A stretch of DNA of 64,000 nt from Mesotaenium endlicherianum. Lineage: Eukaryota. Of the stretch, positions 1-12,597 are shown piece by piece; within the stretch, counting starts at the first letter, position 1; every line of letters begins with the position of its first letter. The stretch lies in contig WELA01001776.1 in assembly GCA_009602735.1 (NCBI GenBank), positions 1-64,000 on the forward strand, read 5' to 3'. Under the pieces are notes generated by a model. It worked only from the letters and a program-made list of their open reading frames with translations, was not told the DNA's origin and ran no database searches. The position numbers were made by a program, and so were the translations under genes.

Positions 1-139
1 ATAATTGTGTAAAGTCCAGCAGACTGATTATTAACTAAAGTTCAGCAGACTGACTACTAACTAAAGTTCAGCAGGCTCAACTAAATTAACTATTACATTT
101 AAATGAATATTATATCTACTAATATACTGATTCATTACA
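1..139 (-). repeat. Partial family-D LTR (LTR 5' end, cut by window edge)
   Basis: Reverse complement of TGTAATGAATCAGTATATTAGTAG... that starts the LTRs at 51087 and 59187; near-identical. Confidence 0.92.
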
Positions 140-2397
140 CTCAACGTCTTGGTCGGTGTCCAAGCTGGCGTGGGTAACAAGATCACTTCTCATGTCGTGG
201 TAGTGCCCTTGTGGCAACAGTGTCAAGTGGATCATGGGCTGAGGTGACCCATCGTCGCAGCTCTGCCTAACTTGGCATCTGCTGGCGTGGCCTTTGCTTC
301 AATTCTGCCTGACTTGGGAGCTACAAGCGTGGTCTTTGCAAGCGTTCGTGGGGTTAGCTTTTCAATTGACCTGGCTGGTAGATCCCACACATTGTTGAGG
401 GTCACATTTGACTTGGTTTGATTGTGGTCACACCTCACGTGTGATGGATTGAACTTACGTTTAACGCTGACTTTTACATGTCAACAGCATCGGTCGACGG
501 GATAACAATTGATTGTCCAAACTTGAGGGGGTCGTGACTTCCGCCCAACGTGCTGCACCATTTAGCGAGCTATCATTCGGGACGTTAGCCAATTGGAGAG
601 ACAAGAGAATATTTGGTAAAATAGTTAGTAGCCAAGGTACAAGAGACGTAAAAAGGCTGGTCAGCTTGAAATGGACAGGACAAGCGGACGAGTAGACATG
701 TTTTGTATGGCGAGTAGTGTTTAGGAACAGTGCAGGCATTTGTAATAGTCATGAATTTAAATTAAGATTGTAGGAGGCAACTTTGGCGGAGCACGTACTA
801 GCGAAAATAAGAGTCGACAACTTTGTATTTGGTGTTTGGCAATGTACTAAAGGTTACACACTTTTGAAATGCTGTCCAAGATTATTCTTTGTGTGTATGT
901 TGCAAAATCCAAAGTGTGCTAGTGCAAACGACTGACTTGGAGTTTTAAACTTTTTGGAAATACTTTCATCATGACTAGACTTATGAGTTTCGATTCATGC
1001 ATCTTTTAGCAATCACACAGTATGTTCATGAGACTTCAATAGCAATGCAATGGCACACCTTTAAAGCTGCGTGAACGTTATAATAAATGCTTCAATGGTA
1101 CGCAAATACCAATTGGTAGAGAACATCAAGTGGATCGGTACTCTTATGTTATTTTGTGGAGGACTCAAATAAGCATCAAAGATGTACAACATTTCCCCAA
1201 CGAGCAAATTGAATCAACTTTCTCAAGAACATTGATAATTCAATATATAGCAATTTGCTTTATTGCCTGTATATAATTTCAATAGGTCATTTTTGGAGGA
1301 TAGGAAAATGCGCACTGCAGCACATTCATACTCCCATACATAACTAGGTATACACAAGTGTTGAGGAAGTCGTCAGCATGAGCAGTTAGGAATGATGTCA
1401 TTTCTTTGCTCTTGTACTCTAGAGTTACTGTAACTTTTGAAATATTTGGCATTCTATGAAGTCGGTTCAGTGCTGTGCCTGCTATTGAGTGCTTCTGTAA
1501 TACTACAAAGGCTTGTGTAAACATTGAGAACACAAGCTTGCTCCAAATTTTGCACACCATGCCGAGTCTACGGGCCTGTGTATAATCAACGTTCATGTTT
1601 GCTTACCACTCTGTTTTGAACAAGTGCTTATCTTTACCACGTACCATATCTTTAATTAGATTACAAAACGTGGTCTTTGCGGCAGCCATTAACACTTGAA
1701 ATCAATCTTGCTTATTCAAAATAAATATCTTTTATTTATATATATAAGATCAGAGATAGGTGGAAGCGTGTAAAACCAGGGAGCAATCTTTGCCCTTATA
1801 ATGAATTCCGTTTACTCATCTATACCCCTTGACTCACTTACCGTAGTGTGCCATAGTTGCACACTAACTCAAGGTATAAGAAAGAGGCGAGCTTGAGGAC
1901 TAAAGCTTCTCCTTTAGACACTCATGGCCTCTTGCCTACCAGGCATTCAAGCATGTATAAGCACATGTACAACATCAAAGGGCTGAATAGCAAAGGCGCT
2001 CTCATTCAGATTACCATAATATAGCTAAAACACATCTCACTGACATGGGTGCAAAACCAGGGAATCTGTCCGTTTTGTGACCCCGAAATGCCAGAGAGCA
2101 TAATTCTGTCAATACCAACTCCATATTAAAGCAAACTCAACGACAATGAACGCATATTGACGAGACCTTTCCAAAAAGTCCTAGTTCGTTCGATTTGGAG
2201 CACGGACGAGGAAGCCATGTCAATTTTCGTGAAAGTTGGTCATAATAACGAACCCCAAAAGTGCACATATGACTTCCAAGTAGAAATCCGACTCTAAAAC
2301 GAACTGTCCAGAATGAGGGACCACGAGATCCCAACCTACTATGTACCTAGTGACCACCTGGTTGACCACGGCGCAAGGTGCGCCGTTTCGTAGAAAA

Positions 2398-2880
2398 ATC
2401 GCCTACCCAGGAGTTAACCACACTGGTAGGACATCGGTTTACCAAATCTCAGTCGACCTTCCGACTTTCAGTATACTACGGTCACATGTGCCAATCTACA
2501 AACCATAATCGAAACGAATATGTTTATCCTCAGCGTACTGAAGCTAAGTATACCGACTAATATTAAACGAGCTTACTATATGTCAACCTACTAATTCTAT
2601 ATCCTCTATATAACGGATATATTAATTACCAGCAAACTATCAAATGATACAAAAGTCATCCTGCTGACCTTTTTGACAAAGTCAGCAAATTACACTATAA
2701 TACAAAAGTCATCCTTCTGACCTCTTTGACAAAGTAAGTAATCTCGCATTATATTGATATATATTCATTTTGATGAACTCGCACATGTGAGTATATTGAC
2801 ATAGTACTTATTTATTAATATATGTGTATGTGAAATTAATTAATTAAATAATAAATTGATTTATTACAACACTATTGTGA
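2398..2880 (-). repeat. Highly degenerate family-D LTR relic
   Basis: cgcctacccaggagttaaccacactggtaggacatcgg matches the reverse-strand D-LTR core; includes a ~53-bp tandem duplication at ~2647-2750. Boundaries approximate. Confidence 0.45.
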
Positions 2881-3284
2881 TTTTATGCTGATGCCAAAAG
2901 GCACAAGGGTACTGCTAGCTAAGAGAAACCTTTGCTAACAATTAAGACAGACGAAGCTACTTTCCAGTGTCGACAAGCAGCGATGGGAAGTAGTGGAGCC
3001 TACAATTTCATATTACTTCCTATTTAAGTTAATAAATAAGAGATGGAATATATGACCGTGCAAATTGGAAATCAGTAAAGCATGTCGAGAGCATTATGTT
3101 TGAGCAAGCGAGATGGTGAAGAGGAAGCTAAGTTCATTTATACAGTCCGTGTCAAAAGTAGTCAACTCAGGATAGAGCTCAAAGAGACCGAACAAATGCA
3201 GTCGTGCTTTGCTGACAGCTAATGTAATGAATTTGTATATCACTTGATAACCAAGTTACCTACGATGAATAGAAGAGTTGAAAC

Positions 3285-3600
3285 TGATAAACTTTACTTA
3301 GTCAGTGTAATGACTTAGCCAAATGTAATCGACTGAAGTCCTCTTTAATCAATTTGCTAATACGTTCCAACTGAGCACCTTAAGCAGAACTAGCAAAATG
3401 TTTAGTATTGTATCTATATAGTTATATCGGGATAAACAGATGGCCAGAATAAGCACGAGGTAGATATCGGTACAAAATGACGTGAGACAGTTGCGAATTT
3501 GATCCACAATTCTCCGACGTGCTTAATGCCCAAGTATGCAGTGTCATTTCATTGCATTACCGATTAACACTGAACTTATTCCATTTACATATGCTAATTA
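3285..3600 (+). repeat. Very degenerate family-D LTR relic
   Basis: Patchy similarity to the D LTR (tcagtgtaatgacttagcc...ctgaagtc...gatggccaga...ttccatttacatatgcta). Confidence 0.35.
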
Positions 3601-4318
3601 AGTTTGCTATCAACTTCGACATTGGAAGACAAGATTGGCTCTTTGTACATTGTAACAAGAAAGTTGATCGCTTCCTTCAAAAATGTAGATCATAAGAGGG
3701 CACAGATGCAAGCCGTTAAATGAGAGACAGAAAACTAAAACTGCTACTGGTGATAGGTCTCTGCATAATAAATTCTGAAAATTTACTTGGCTGTAGTCCA
3801 TAAGTAGCCGATCATTTAGAGTCCAAGTTTGCTCAATTTGGAGCACTGGTGAGAGAGATATGATGCTCAAAGTAGAAGGGGGTCAAGCTGCTGGAATTGT
3901 TAGGGCAGAATATGCCTTCTGACATTGTGCCCTCCCCTGAACTTGGAATGCTCTGAAACTCAAGACTCTGGTAGAACATCTTACAGCGCCCAGTTTGAGA
4001 CTTAGTTTGGAGCATTTGGAGAAGCATAAAAGGACTTATGGTTTTCAAAAGTTTCTGCACAGATTTGGAGGAGTGCCTACTCTCTCAGCTCTCAACGACA
4101 GTCCAGAAATTAGAATGCTCTCAAATTTAGTGACGCGGTAGAGTTCTTTGACGCGGTTCGTCTGGCACTCAAATTTTTAGATTTGGAGCAGTTCTGTGGC
4201 CGCTATGAATTTTTGAATTTGTGGCAGATTCTGGGCCAACTTGTACAAATTTCTTTATCATTAAGGAGTAGGCTAGCCAATAAGGTCACACCACCTACGA
4301 CCTTGCCTAGTCTACCTT

Positions 4319-4430
4319 ACATGTGTAGCACCTGACTTGGCGCCTTTGACTAGTCCTCTTCACATGTGTGGCATCTGACTTGAAACTGTTGACTAGTTTG
4401 CTCCACATGTGTAAGACCTGACTTGACGCG
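4319..4430 (+). repeat. Tandem repeat, ~2.6 x 43 bp, just upstream of a PPT
   Basis: acatgtgt...ctgacttg units start at 4319, 4362 and 4405. Confidence 0.8.
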
Positions 4431-4462
4431 CCGAGACGTCGCTTTTTCTATCGAGGGGGTGA

Positions 4463-4927
4463 TGTAGTGATTTGAGTTATTATATATTAGTTTGCATTTA
4501 TTTTAATGTTTTCAAATATATTAGGAGTAGCATTGTGTGGAGTCAAGTGTGAATTGGTACTCTAGTAACTTGGTTCATGTCCTTTGAACCTTCCAAGGCA
4601 TTTTCGAAGTTAGAGGAAAGACCTAGAAGAACTCCACGTGGCAAAAGTCAAATGTGCCATTTTTAGGTCAAAAGGACATGTGTACATTATTCTAAAAAGA
4701 GGTGGCAAGTTTCCTAGAAATTACTTATTTAGCAAGTATATAAACAAGAGCTAGTTCATAGAAAGACATAGGAGAATCACTCTTGTACTTGCCAAAATCC
4801 AGAAATATATTAACTTTCAAGAAGCCATCTCTCTTTCAAGAAGCTACCACTTGTGTTCAAAGATCCTTGTCTTGAATAGATAAAGTATTATATTTCACTA
4901 AGTACTTCATCTATCTGTTTCACTACA
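4463..4927 (+). repeat. Family-C LTR (3' LTR, preceded by PPT)
   Basis: TGTAGTGA...TCACTACA termini; purine tract gagggggtga directly upstream; same sequence as the reverse LTR at 24278-24780. Confidence 0.9.
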
Positions 4928-5692
4928 ACAAGCGTGCGGAAGGCACATAAAATGGTGAGTGCTGTGTTAGTTGCCAAGTTCTCAAAAGTCTCCGTAGTCG
5001 AATTGCTATTAGCAAGAGCAGGATTAATAGTTAAAATCCTCAGTGAAGAACTAAGCAAGCCCAGCCAGCAGTGGAAATTGCTAAGGCGCGGTGGTGAGCG
5101 AAGAGCCCACGCCAAGCCGACATAGATGCTATAGTTTCAGAGTTTTGTGAGCTATGACTTTGTGAAAGTTAAGCGAAAGCCCTGGTGGGCAATTTCCTCT
5201 GAAACTTGGTGTTGTGTCTTGATCTGCTCAGACGAGATTTTTGCAAACCAGAATTTATTTACTTGTGCAACCCTCATCTTGGGCAAAGTCTAATTGGGAG
5301 TAAGACACTTCCGTCCTACTTCTAAAAACTTGAGTTGATTGGTTCAGATGAACAAGAATTCCCAAGCAAATTGAAGATTAAGGCCTGTGAGGGCTGCCGA
5401 TGCTCAACCTGGAAGGGGACCCGGGAAATTCAACTGTAGATGCGGTTGAGGAGTGGAAGACTCTACCATCCAGTGAAGCGTGTGGAAGGTTCTGATTCAA
5501 GCAAGAGTCAACGAAGGAGTGAGACCCCTGAGCTGCTTGACAACCCGTGAAGTGAGCAACCGTTGGGAGACAAGTCTCGACATATGTCCGCAAACGATAA
5601 GAATCCGTATAGTGAACGTCTCTTTGCTCCTTATTTTGGGCAGAGCGTAAGACGCTTGGGCAAGAATCAGTGAAAATTGATCACCATTTGAG

Positions 5693-6115
5693 ATGGCTGG
5701 TGACGAAAGAGATGAGAATTCTGAGTTCAAGCTGTCTATTAAATGATTCAGTGGACAAATCGGTGGTAATAGTCTCACTTTCAAAAAATTTGATGAGATC
5801 TATCGGGCGGACTTCTCTGAAAAGATCCACAAGGATGCTTCATACACGCAGTCTGTTGCATTCATAAGTTTGGTTCACTACTTGGACAAAGATGCCTTGC
5901 TACTCTATCGCCAATTCCGAAAGGATAAGGACTTTACCCAGGAATGAGCATATGGAGAGAACAAATATGCTAGGGATTTGAAAATTCAAAAAGAGGCTGC
6001 TAAAGCCCAGATGATCGCTTTTTCTTCAAGAAGAGCAGTACGTGCTGCCCCTGTCGAGAGTGTAGACATAGCAACATTGACGCAAGAACTCGTAGACACA
6101 TTATAACAACTCATA
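5693..6115 (+). pseudogene. gag: Element B gag, N-terminal fragment
   Basis: MAGDERDENSEFKLSIK*FSGQ...LVHYLDKDALLLYRQF with stops and frameshifts; continues at 12312-12597 and 17263-17970. Confidence 0.5.
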
Positions 6116-6859
6116 TGAAAGGGGCAAAGTGCCCTAGTGGAAGCGTAGTGAATCACGAGGAAAGGAACTAGTTGCCATCATACTAGAGAGTGCAGCGGCA
6201 TATCACTAACAAAGCTTAGGAAAAATACTCAACATTTTGAGTAGCAAGAAACTGCTCACAAATGATGTAGGATGAAAGGCCTTGTCATTACAAACCCGTA
6301 AAAATTTACAGAAGTGAAAACTGATAAGAAACAAAGAAATTATGCCTATTTATAATTTTCTGCCTAAGTGCTCCTCCCTAGGAGGAAGCTACGGATTTTC
6401 CTAAGTGTTCGTCAAATTGTCCCTTCCAAAATATTTGTGAGTAAGCCAGATCAGTCTAATCTGACGTTTCGGGCCGAATTGACGTCCACATACATGCATC
6501 GACATTACTAGAATATTCTATCTTAGACGCGCTAGGCTAAACCGAAACTTCTAGGTAAATCGACCTAGTCGGCACTCGGCGTCAGCCGAACTTACGTGAA
6601 GGTTCGAGTTCATTCTAACGGGCCAGATCGCTTGACGCTGTCGGTAAATCCGACGGTCGCGCTCACCGCGAATTAAGGACAGTCGTCAACCGACCTCAAA
6701 ACTAATTAAACTTCGGAAATCCATAACTCTCTCAATACTTGACCAAATTCAATGAACTTTATCTCAAAATGACCACAAAAATGCACTCTACACTACTATA
6801 CAATCAAAACATACTTTCATGAAACTCAAAAATGCACTTTATAAACCTATGACCTTACA
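6116..6859 (-). repeat. A1 3' LTR
   Basis: TGTAAG...TTTCA in element orientation; adjacent PPT at 6860-6873. Confidence 0.95.
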
Positions 6860-9800
6860 TCATCCCCCTCCTCAAGATGCGACGTCCTCGACGCATTCTG
6901 CAGATAACGTCTCAACTTACTCTTACAATGAGTCAAGTTGGCCTCTGGCTCCCAAGTGTTGTCGTCCGCATGGTAGCCTTTCCACTTGACCAGATACTCT
7001 TGGGCAAATCGTTGACCTCGCTTGACTCGTCGATCGCCGACAATCGCCTCCACTTCATACTCCAATACATCATCGATCTCGACCGGTGGTGGCGGTGTAG
7101 GTAGTCGTCCTGGATGTCCTTCATTCGGGTCAACGTATGGCCGTCGACAACTGACATGGAACACATCATGGATATGCCAGCCTGAAGGAAGTTCCAACTT
7201 GTAGGCCACTGGAGTCACCTGTTTGAGCACTACAAAGGGACCTGTAAATCGTGCCCGCAGTTTCCTCTTGCCTGTGAAAGGTAGGTTCTCTGTGGACAAG
7301 AGTACTTTGTCGCCCACATGGAATGTCACTTCCCTCCTCTGCTTGTTAGCATGCTTGACCTGTTCTTCCTGTGCCTTCCGAATACACGTCTTCGCCATGT
7401 GCCAAGTATTGGCCATCTGCTCCATAAAAGCTTGTGTAGTAGGAACTTGAGTCTCCTTGGCCTTCTCCAACAAGATGTTCCCTGGATGATATACTTCTCG
7501 CCCATAAACCATAGCGAATGGTGGCTGCTTGGTGGAATCCTGCATGCTGTTGTTGTAGGCAAACTCCAATCCTGGCAGCTTCTTGTCCTACTCTGAAGGG
7601 TCCTCCATAGTGAAACTCCTGAGCACCTCTTGCAGAGTTCTGTTGAGCCTCTCACTCTGCCCATCTGTCTGAGGGTGATAGGAAGTGCTCATACTCAGCT
7701 TGGTCCCCATCAAAGTAAACAATGACCGCCAAAAGTTGCTAGTGAACCTTGGATCTCGATCGGAAACGATCACCTTCGGCAACCCATGTAACCTGAAAAT
7801 ATGATCAAAGAATAGCCGTGCCACATCCGCTGCCGTAGAAGTCTCCTTCATGGGAATGAAGTGAGCCATCTTGCTGAGTCTGTCAGACACAACCCATACT
7901 GCATCGTGCCCTTGACCACTGACTGGTAACGATGTGATGAAGTCCATAGCAATCTGCTCCCAAGGATACTCTGGAATAGGCAGGGGCCGCAATGTACCTC
8001 CCTTCTTTTGATTTGGTGTCTTGTTTCTCTGGCACGCATCGCAACTCCTGATCCACTCCTCGATGTCTTTGTCCATATTTCTCCAGTAGTATTCCCGCTT
8101 CAGCACGCTTGCCGTCTTCTCGTTTCCAAAGTGTCCAGCATATAAGCAGTCATGATGCTCCGCAAGCAGTAAGTCTCGTAGCTCCTTGATGTCAGGTACC
8201 ACCACTCTTTGGAATCACCATAATACCATATACCGTCCTTCTTCTGCATACTCGCGTTGAACTCCACTGCTCCACCATCAGCAAACTGTGGATCCTCCTC
8301 ATAACCTCTTTGAAGCTTCTCCTTGAAGTCCATATTCTTCTTGATGACTGAGACAGCTGCAAGGTCACACCTCCTGGATAAAGCGTCTGCAGGGTTGATC
8401 TTCCCAGGTAAATACTCAATCTTGTGGTCAAACTGTTGCAAAAACTCCATCCACCTTGCCTGTCTTCGTGTCAACGTTGGTTGCGTCATAAAATTCTCCA
8501 AGCTCCTGTGGTCGGTCTTGATAAACACCTTCCGCCCGTCCACATACCATCGCCAAATCCTCAAAGCCTGAATAATAGCCAACATCTCTCGCTCGTGTGC
8601 TGCATAGTTCTGCTCCGCAGGACTCAACTTTCTGCTCTCATATGCCACAGGCTGCAATCCTTTGCCTTGGTCCTGGAGAAGAATGGCCCNCCTTTGCCCT
8701 GGTCCTGGAGAAGAATGGCTCCCACTGCAAAATTTGATGCGTCCGTGATGATGGTGAAAGGAAGCTCTGGACTGGCAATTGCCAACACAGGTTCCTGTGT
8801 TAATAGCTCTTTAATCTTCTCAAAGGCTTGCTGCTCCTTGTCACCCCATAGCCACTTCTCCTGCTTCTTCAACATGTCCGTGAGCGGTGCACACACCTTG
8901 GCATGTCCTTCAACGAAACGTCGGTAATAATTCGCCATGCCGAGGAAACTCCTAAGTTGATGAATATCAGCAGGCATCGGCCAATCTCTGACTGCTTGCA
9001 CCTTCTTCTGCTCTACCTTGACTCCTACAGCTCCCACTACATGTTCAAGAAATTTGACTTCATTCAGACAGAAGTCGCACTTGCTCATCTTCCCGTACAG
9101 CTTCTGATCTCTCAAGACCTCCAACACCTTCCTCAGATGCTCCACATGCTCTTCCAGGGTCTTCGAATAGATCAAGATGTCGTCCAAAAATATTACCACA
9201 AACTGGTCCAAGGAGGGTCTAAAGATACTATTCATGAGTCCCATGAATGTAGCAGGTGCATTAGTCAATCCAAAAGGCATGACTGTGAACTCGAACAAAC
9301 CATAGCGAGTCCTGAAAGCAGTCTTTTGAACGTCTCCTTCCGCAATCCGTACCTGGTGATAGCCACTCCTCAAATCGATCTTCGAGAAATACTTCGCCCC
9401 GACAAGATTGTCAATCAACTCGTCCACTCGTGGAAGTGGGTACCTATTCTTGATGGTGACCTTGTTGAGTGCCCGGTAGTCGACACACATCCTCATAGTC
9501 CCATCCTTCTTCTTCACAAATAAGACTGGCGCTGCAAATGGAGACTCGCTGGGTCGGATGAATCCCTTCTCCAACAACTCTGTCAGTTGCTTCTTCAACT
9601 CATCCAACTCCGCAAACGATTGTCGATAGGCGGGTCTCACTGGTGGCTTGCTCCCTGGTTCCAACTCGATCTTGTGCTCCATAGCTCTCTGTGGAGGTAA
9701 TCCTGTGGGTAGCTCCTCAGGAAATACGTTCTTGAACTCCTCCAACAGCGCCTTAATTTGGGCAGTCATCTGAGCAGGCTTCTTCTCTTGAGCAGTTAGG

Positions 9801-10500
9801 CTCTGCTCCTTCTGAGCAAGGGGATCAGACACCACTACTTGCTCCTCCGGCGATGTACATTCGCCCAGGCTGTTAGGATTCACGCTTGCTCCATCTGATG
9901 ACCTGGCCAGGGCCACCGAAACAAGGTACATCTCCTTCACCTGATTCGCCCTGCATAGCTTCTTAACTTGCAGGCTCGAGAGAAGACAGTTACTTGTGGT
10001 CGTATCTACCTCCACCTGTTTCGCTGTCTCCATTTGACCATCACGCCCTTGGACTTTCACTTGTCCAGTGCTCCAGTGCACTTGAGGGTTGGCTTTTTTT
10101 TAGCCATGGTCGGCCCAATATCACCTCATGGTGACCGAACTCTGCCTGCTCCATAACTTCAGTAGTCTGGTGTCCAGCTACTTCCACGTGAATAGCTTCC
10201 GTAGGTGCACCACACTTGAGTCTCTGCCCATTCGCCAAAATTGCCTCCTTAGGCTCATAATGCTTTTGCACAGGGATTCGCCACTCTTTCACTTGCTTCT
10301 CGTGCACAAAGTTTGCACTTGCGCCACTGTCGACCATACACTTCGCCTTATTGCCGTCGACTACTCCTCCCACGATGATAGGCCTGTCGACATCTTGTCT
10401 TTTGCTTCCCGGCAGGCTCCTGGGGATAACCTCCTTGTGAGTTCTCGTCTTCACGCCAGTAGACACCCCAGAACGACTTACTGGCGTCCTCCTTTTTCCT
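6847..10500 (-). pseudogene. pol: A1 pol: PR-RT-RNaseH-INT-chromodomain (interrupted)
   Basis: VDSGAS (PR); FLDD (RT); TDAS/TDH/ADALSR (RH); HHCC and D,D,E (INT); [13 protein letters not shown]...YLVKWKGY...TWEP chromodomain. Frameshifts and a TAG at ~7588; the stop codon lies inside the LTR. Confidence 0.95.
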
Positions 10501-11497
10501 GCTGTTGAGGTTGCTTCGCCTTCACATGACAGTCTCGAGCCAGATGTCCAAGCTTGCCGCAATTATAGCAGGGTCCTCTCGGCTTGAAATTCTGCTGCCT
10601 GCGCTGGTACTGCACAAGTCCCAACTCCATGGGTACTGGACCTTGAACACTCGTGCTTGGCGCTTGAGATCCAAAGTGTCGATATCCTCCAAAGTTGTGG
10701 CTGCCCCACTGCCTCTGACTATACTCCACAGCGTCGACCCTTGTTGCCAATGCCATCATTTCTCCAAGACTGGTAGGGTCCTTGAGCGCCACTTCCTTGG
10801 CCACAGTTGGCTTGAGTCCCCTCTTGAACTTGTCCATCATCTCCGACTCGTGCATGGATGGACATTGAAGCACCAGCTCGTTGAAGCGCGATACATACTC
10901 TTGAACGCTTCCTCGTTGACGAAGGCGCACCAATAGATCTCGAGCGGTAGCCTCGGGTGCAATAGGTTGAAATTGCCTCTTCAAGCCTTCAAATAGCTGA
11001 TCAACAGTAGCAGGAACTCCAGACAGCTGCTCTTCTCGTTCATACCAAGCTCCAGCACTCTTCTGCAGCAAAGTTATGACAAAGGCGACTTGCCTGTCGG
11101 GCGTGAGCGCAGAATACTCCATAAACTTCTTCACTCCAAAAATCCATTGATGAACAGGCGGCGATCCACGCTCTCATGTATAAACTTCAGGCTTAGGCGC
11201 ACGCACTCCTGATGCGGGTGGAATAACTGGTTGCACCACTGGGTTAACATGAATCGGTGGCACAACAGGTGCAGGTGCCGAACTCGTCGAAGCGGCTTTC
11301 CCCATAACAATTCGCACCCTTCTCTCCACCTCCGCGCGCATATTTTGTTGAAACTGGGTGTAGACTTCTCCTCCAATTGCATTTGCCATGTGCCTTAGCA
11401 TCGCCTGCATTTCTTGTTGCTCTCTAGTCATCGTTGGTGCTGCCTGTTGCCCCGCGCGCTCAACATGCTCGACATGTTCGCCTCCTCCAGCTGCCAA
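10478..11497 (-). pseudogene. gag: A1 gag (one frameshift near 11172)
   Basis: LRQRGSVQEY...F capsid motif, PVPMELG, zinc knuckle [14 protein letters not shown]. Confidence 0.92.
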
Positions 11498-11546
11498 CTG
11501 CGACTCCGTAATATAATATGCAAACTAGCCCAGCTCCGATACCAAA

Positions 11547-12306
11547 TGAAAGGCACAAAGTGCCCTAGTGGAAGCGTAGTGACTCACAAGGAAAGGAACT
11601 AGTTGCCATCATACTAGAGAGTGCAGCGGCATATCACTAACATAGCTTAGGAAAATTACTCAACATTTTGAGTAGCAAGAAACTGCTCACAAATGATGTA
11701 GGATGAAAGGCCTTGTCATTACAAACCCGTAGAAATTTACAGAAGTGAAAACTCATAAGAAACAAAGAAGTTATGTCTATTTATAATTTTCTGCCTAAGT
11801 GCTCCCCTCTAGGAGGAAGCTACGGATTTTCCTAAGTGTTCGTCAAATCGTCCCTTCCAGAATATTCGTGAGTAAGGCAGACCAGTCTAATTTGACGTGT
11901 CGGGCCGAATTGACGTCCACATACATGCATCGACATTACTAGAATATTCTATCTTAGACGCGCTAGGCTAAACCGAAACTTCTAGGTAAATCGACCTAGT
12001 CGGCACTCTGCGTCAGCCTAACTTACGTGAAGGTTCGAGTTCATTCTAACGGGCCAGATCGCTGGACGCTGTCGGTCAATCCGACGGTCGCGCTCACCGC
12101 GAATTAAGGACAGTCGTCAACCGACCTCAAAACTAATTAAACTTCGGAAATCCATAACTCTCTCAATACTTGACCAAATTCAATGAACTTTATATCAAAA
12201 TGACCANATATCAAAATGACCATAAAAATGCACTCTTCACTACTATACAATCAAAACATACTTTCATGAAACTTAAAAATGCACTTTATAAACCTATGAC
12301 CTTACA
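11547..12306 (-). repeat. A1 5' LTR
   Basis: Near-identical to 6116-6859; PBS (gctccgatacca on + strand) at 11533-11544. Confidence 0.95.
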
Positions 12307-12597
12307 TCATAGAGGGCAAGCAAAGGGCCGTTAGAGAAGATGATGTTGGGTCCGTTAAAGAACAGCGTAAAGTATGTGCAAAGTTGTGTGAAAAGATTGC
12401 TATTGCCCAGGATCCTGTAACACGCCGAGCACCACCATTTGATAGTTAGCAAGGCAACAGTGCCACAACAGAAGCTAGCCATGCGCAAGCTCTGGCCAGT
12501 TGCTGTAGGGATGGAGGCCGGAGATGACCGGCTGAACTCTGAACATTGCCTGCGTCGTTTCTTTAAGTTACTTGAACAGCGATTTCCAGAGGATCGC

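Larger units (their letters stand above)
6116..12306 (-). mobile_element. Family-A chromovirus (Ty3/Gypsy) copy A1, full length, mildly decayed
   Basis: LTRs 6116-6859 and 11547-12306; TSD TCATA (6111-6115/12307-12311); PBS TGGTATCGGAGC; PPT GAGGAGGGGGATGA; gag and pol with chromodomain. Confidence 0.97.

Noticed and set aside
140..2390. Possible gene or element interior at the left end
   Set aside because: Only short ORFs without motifs; I could not assign it.
4928..5400. 5' LTR/PBS of element B
   Set aside because: No similarity to 44368-44986 and no clear PBS after a CA terminus.
8659..8720. Short duplication and frameshift in A1 pol around a single N (similar at 12207, 63655, 63837)
   Set aside because: Direct duplications flanking a lone N look like contig-join artefacts, not biology.
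8903..9523. Long antisense or alternative-frame ORFs over pol genes (also 26428-27075, 41358-41834, 60765-61292)
   Set aside because: Shadow ORFs of retroelement coding strands, with no independent motifs.
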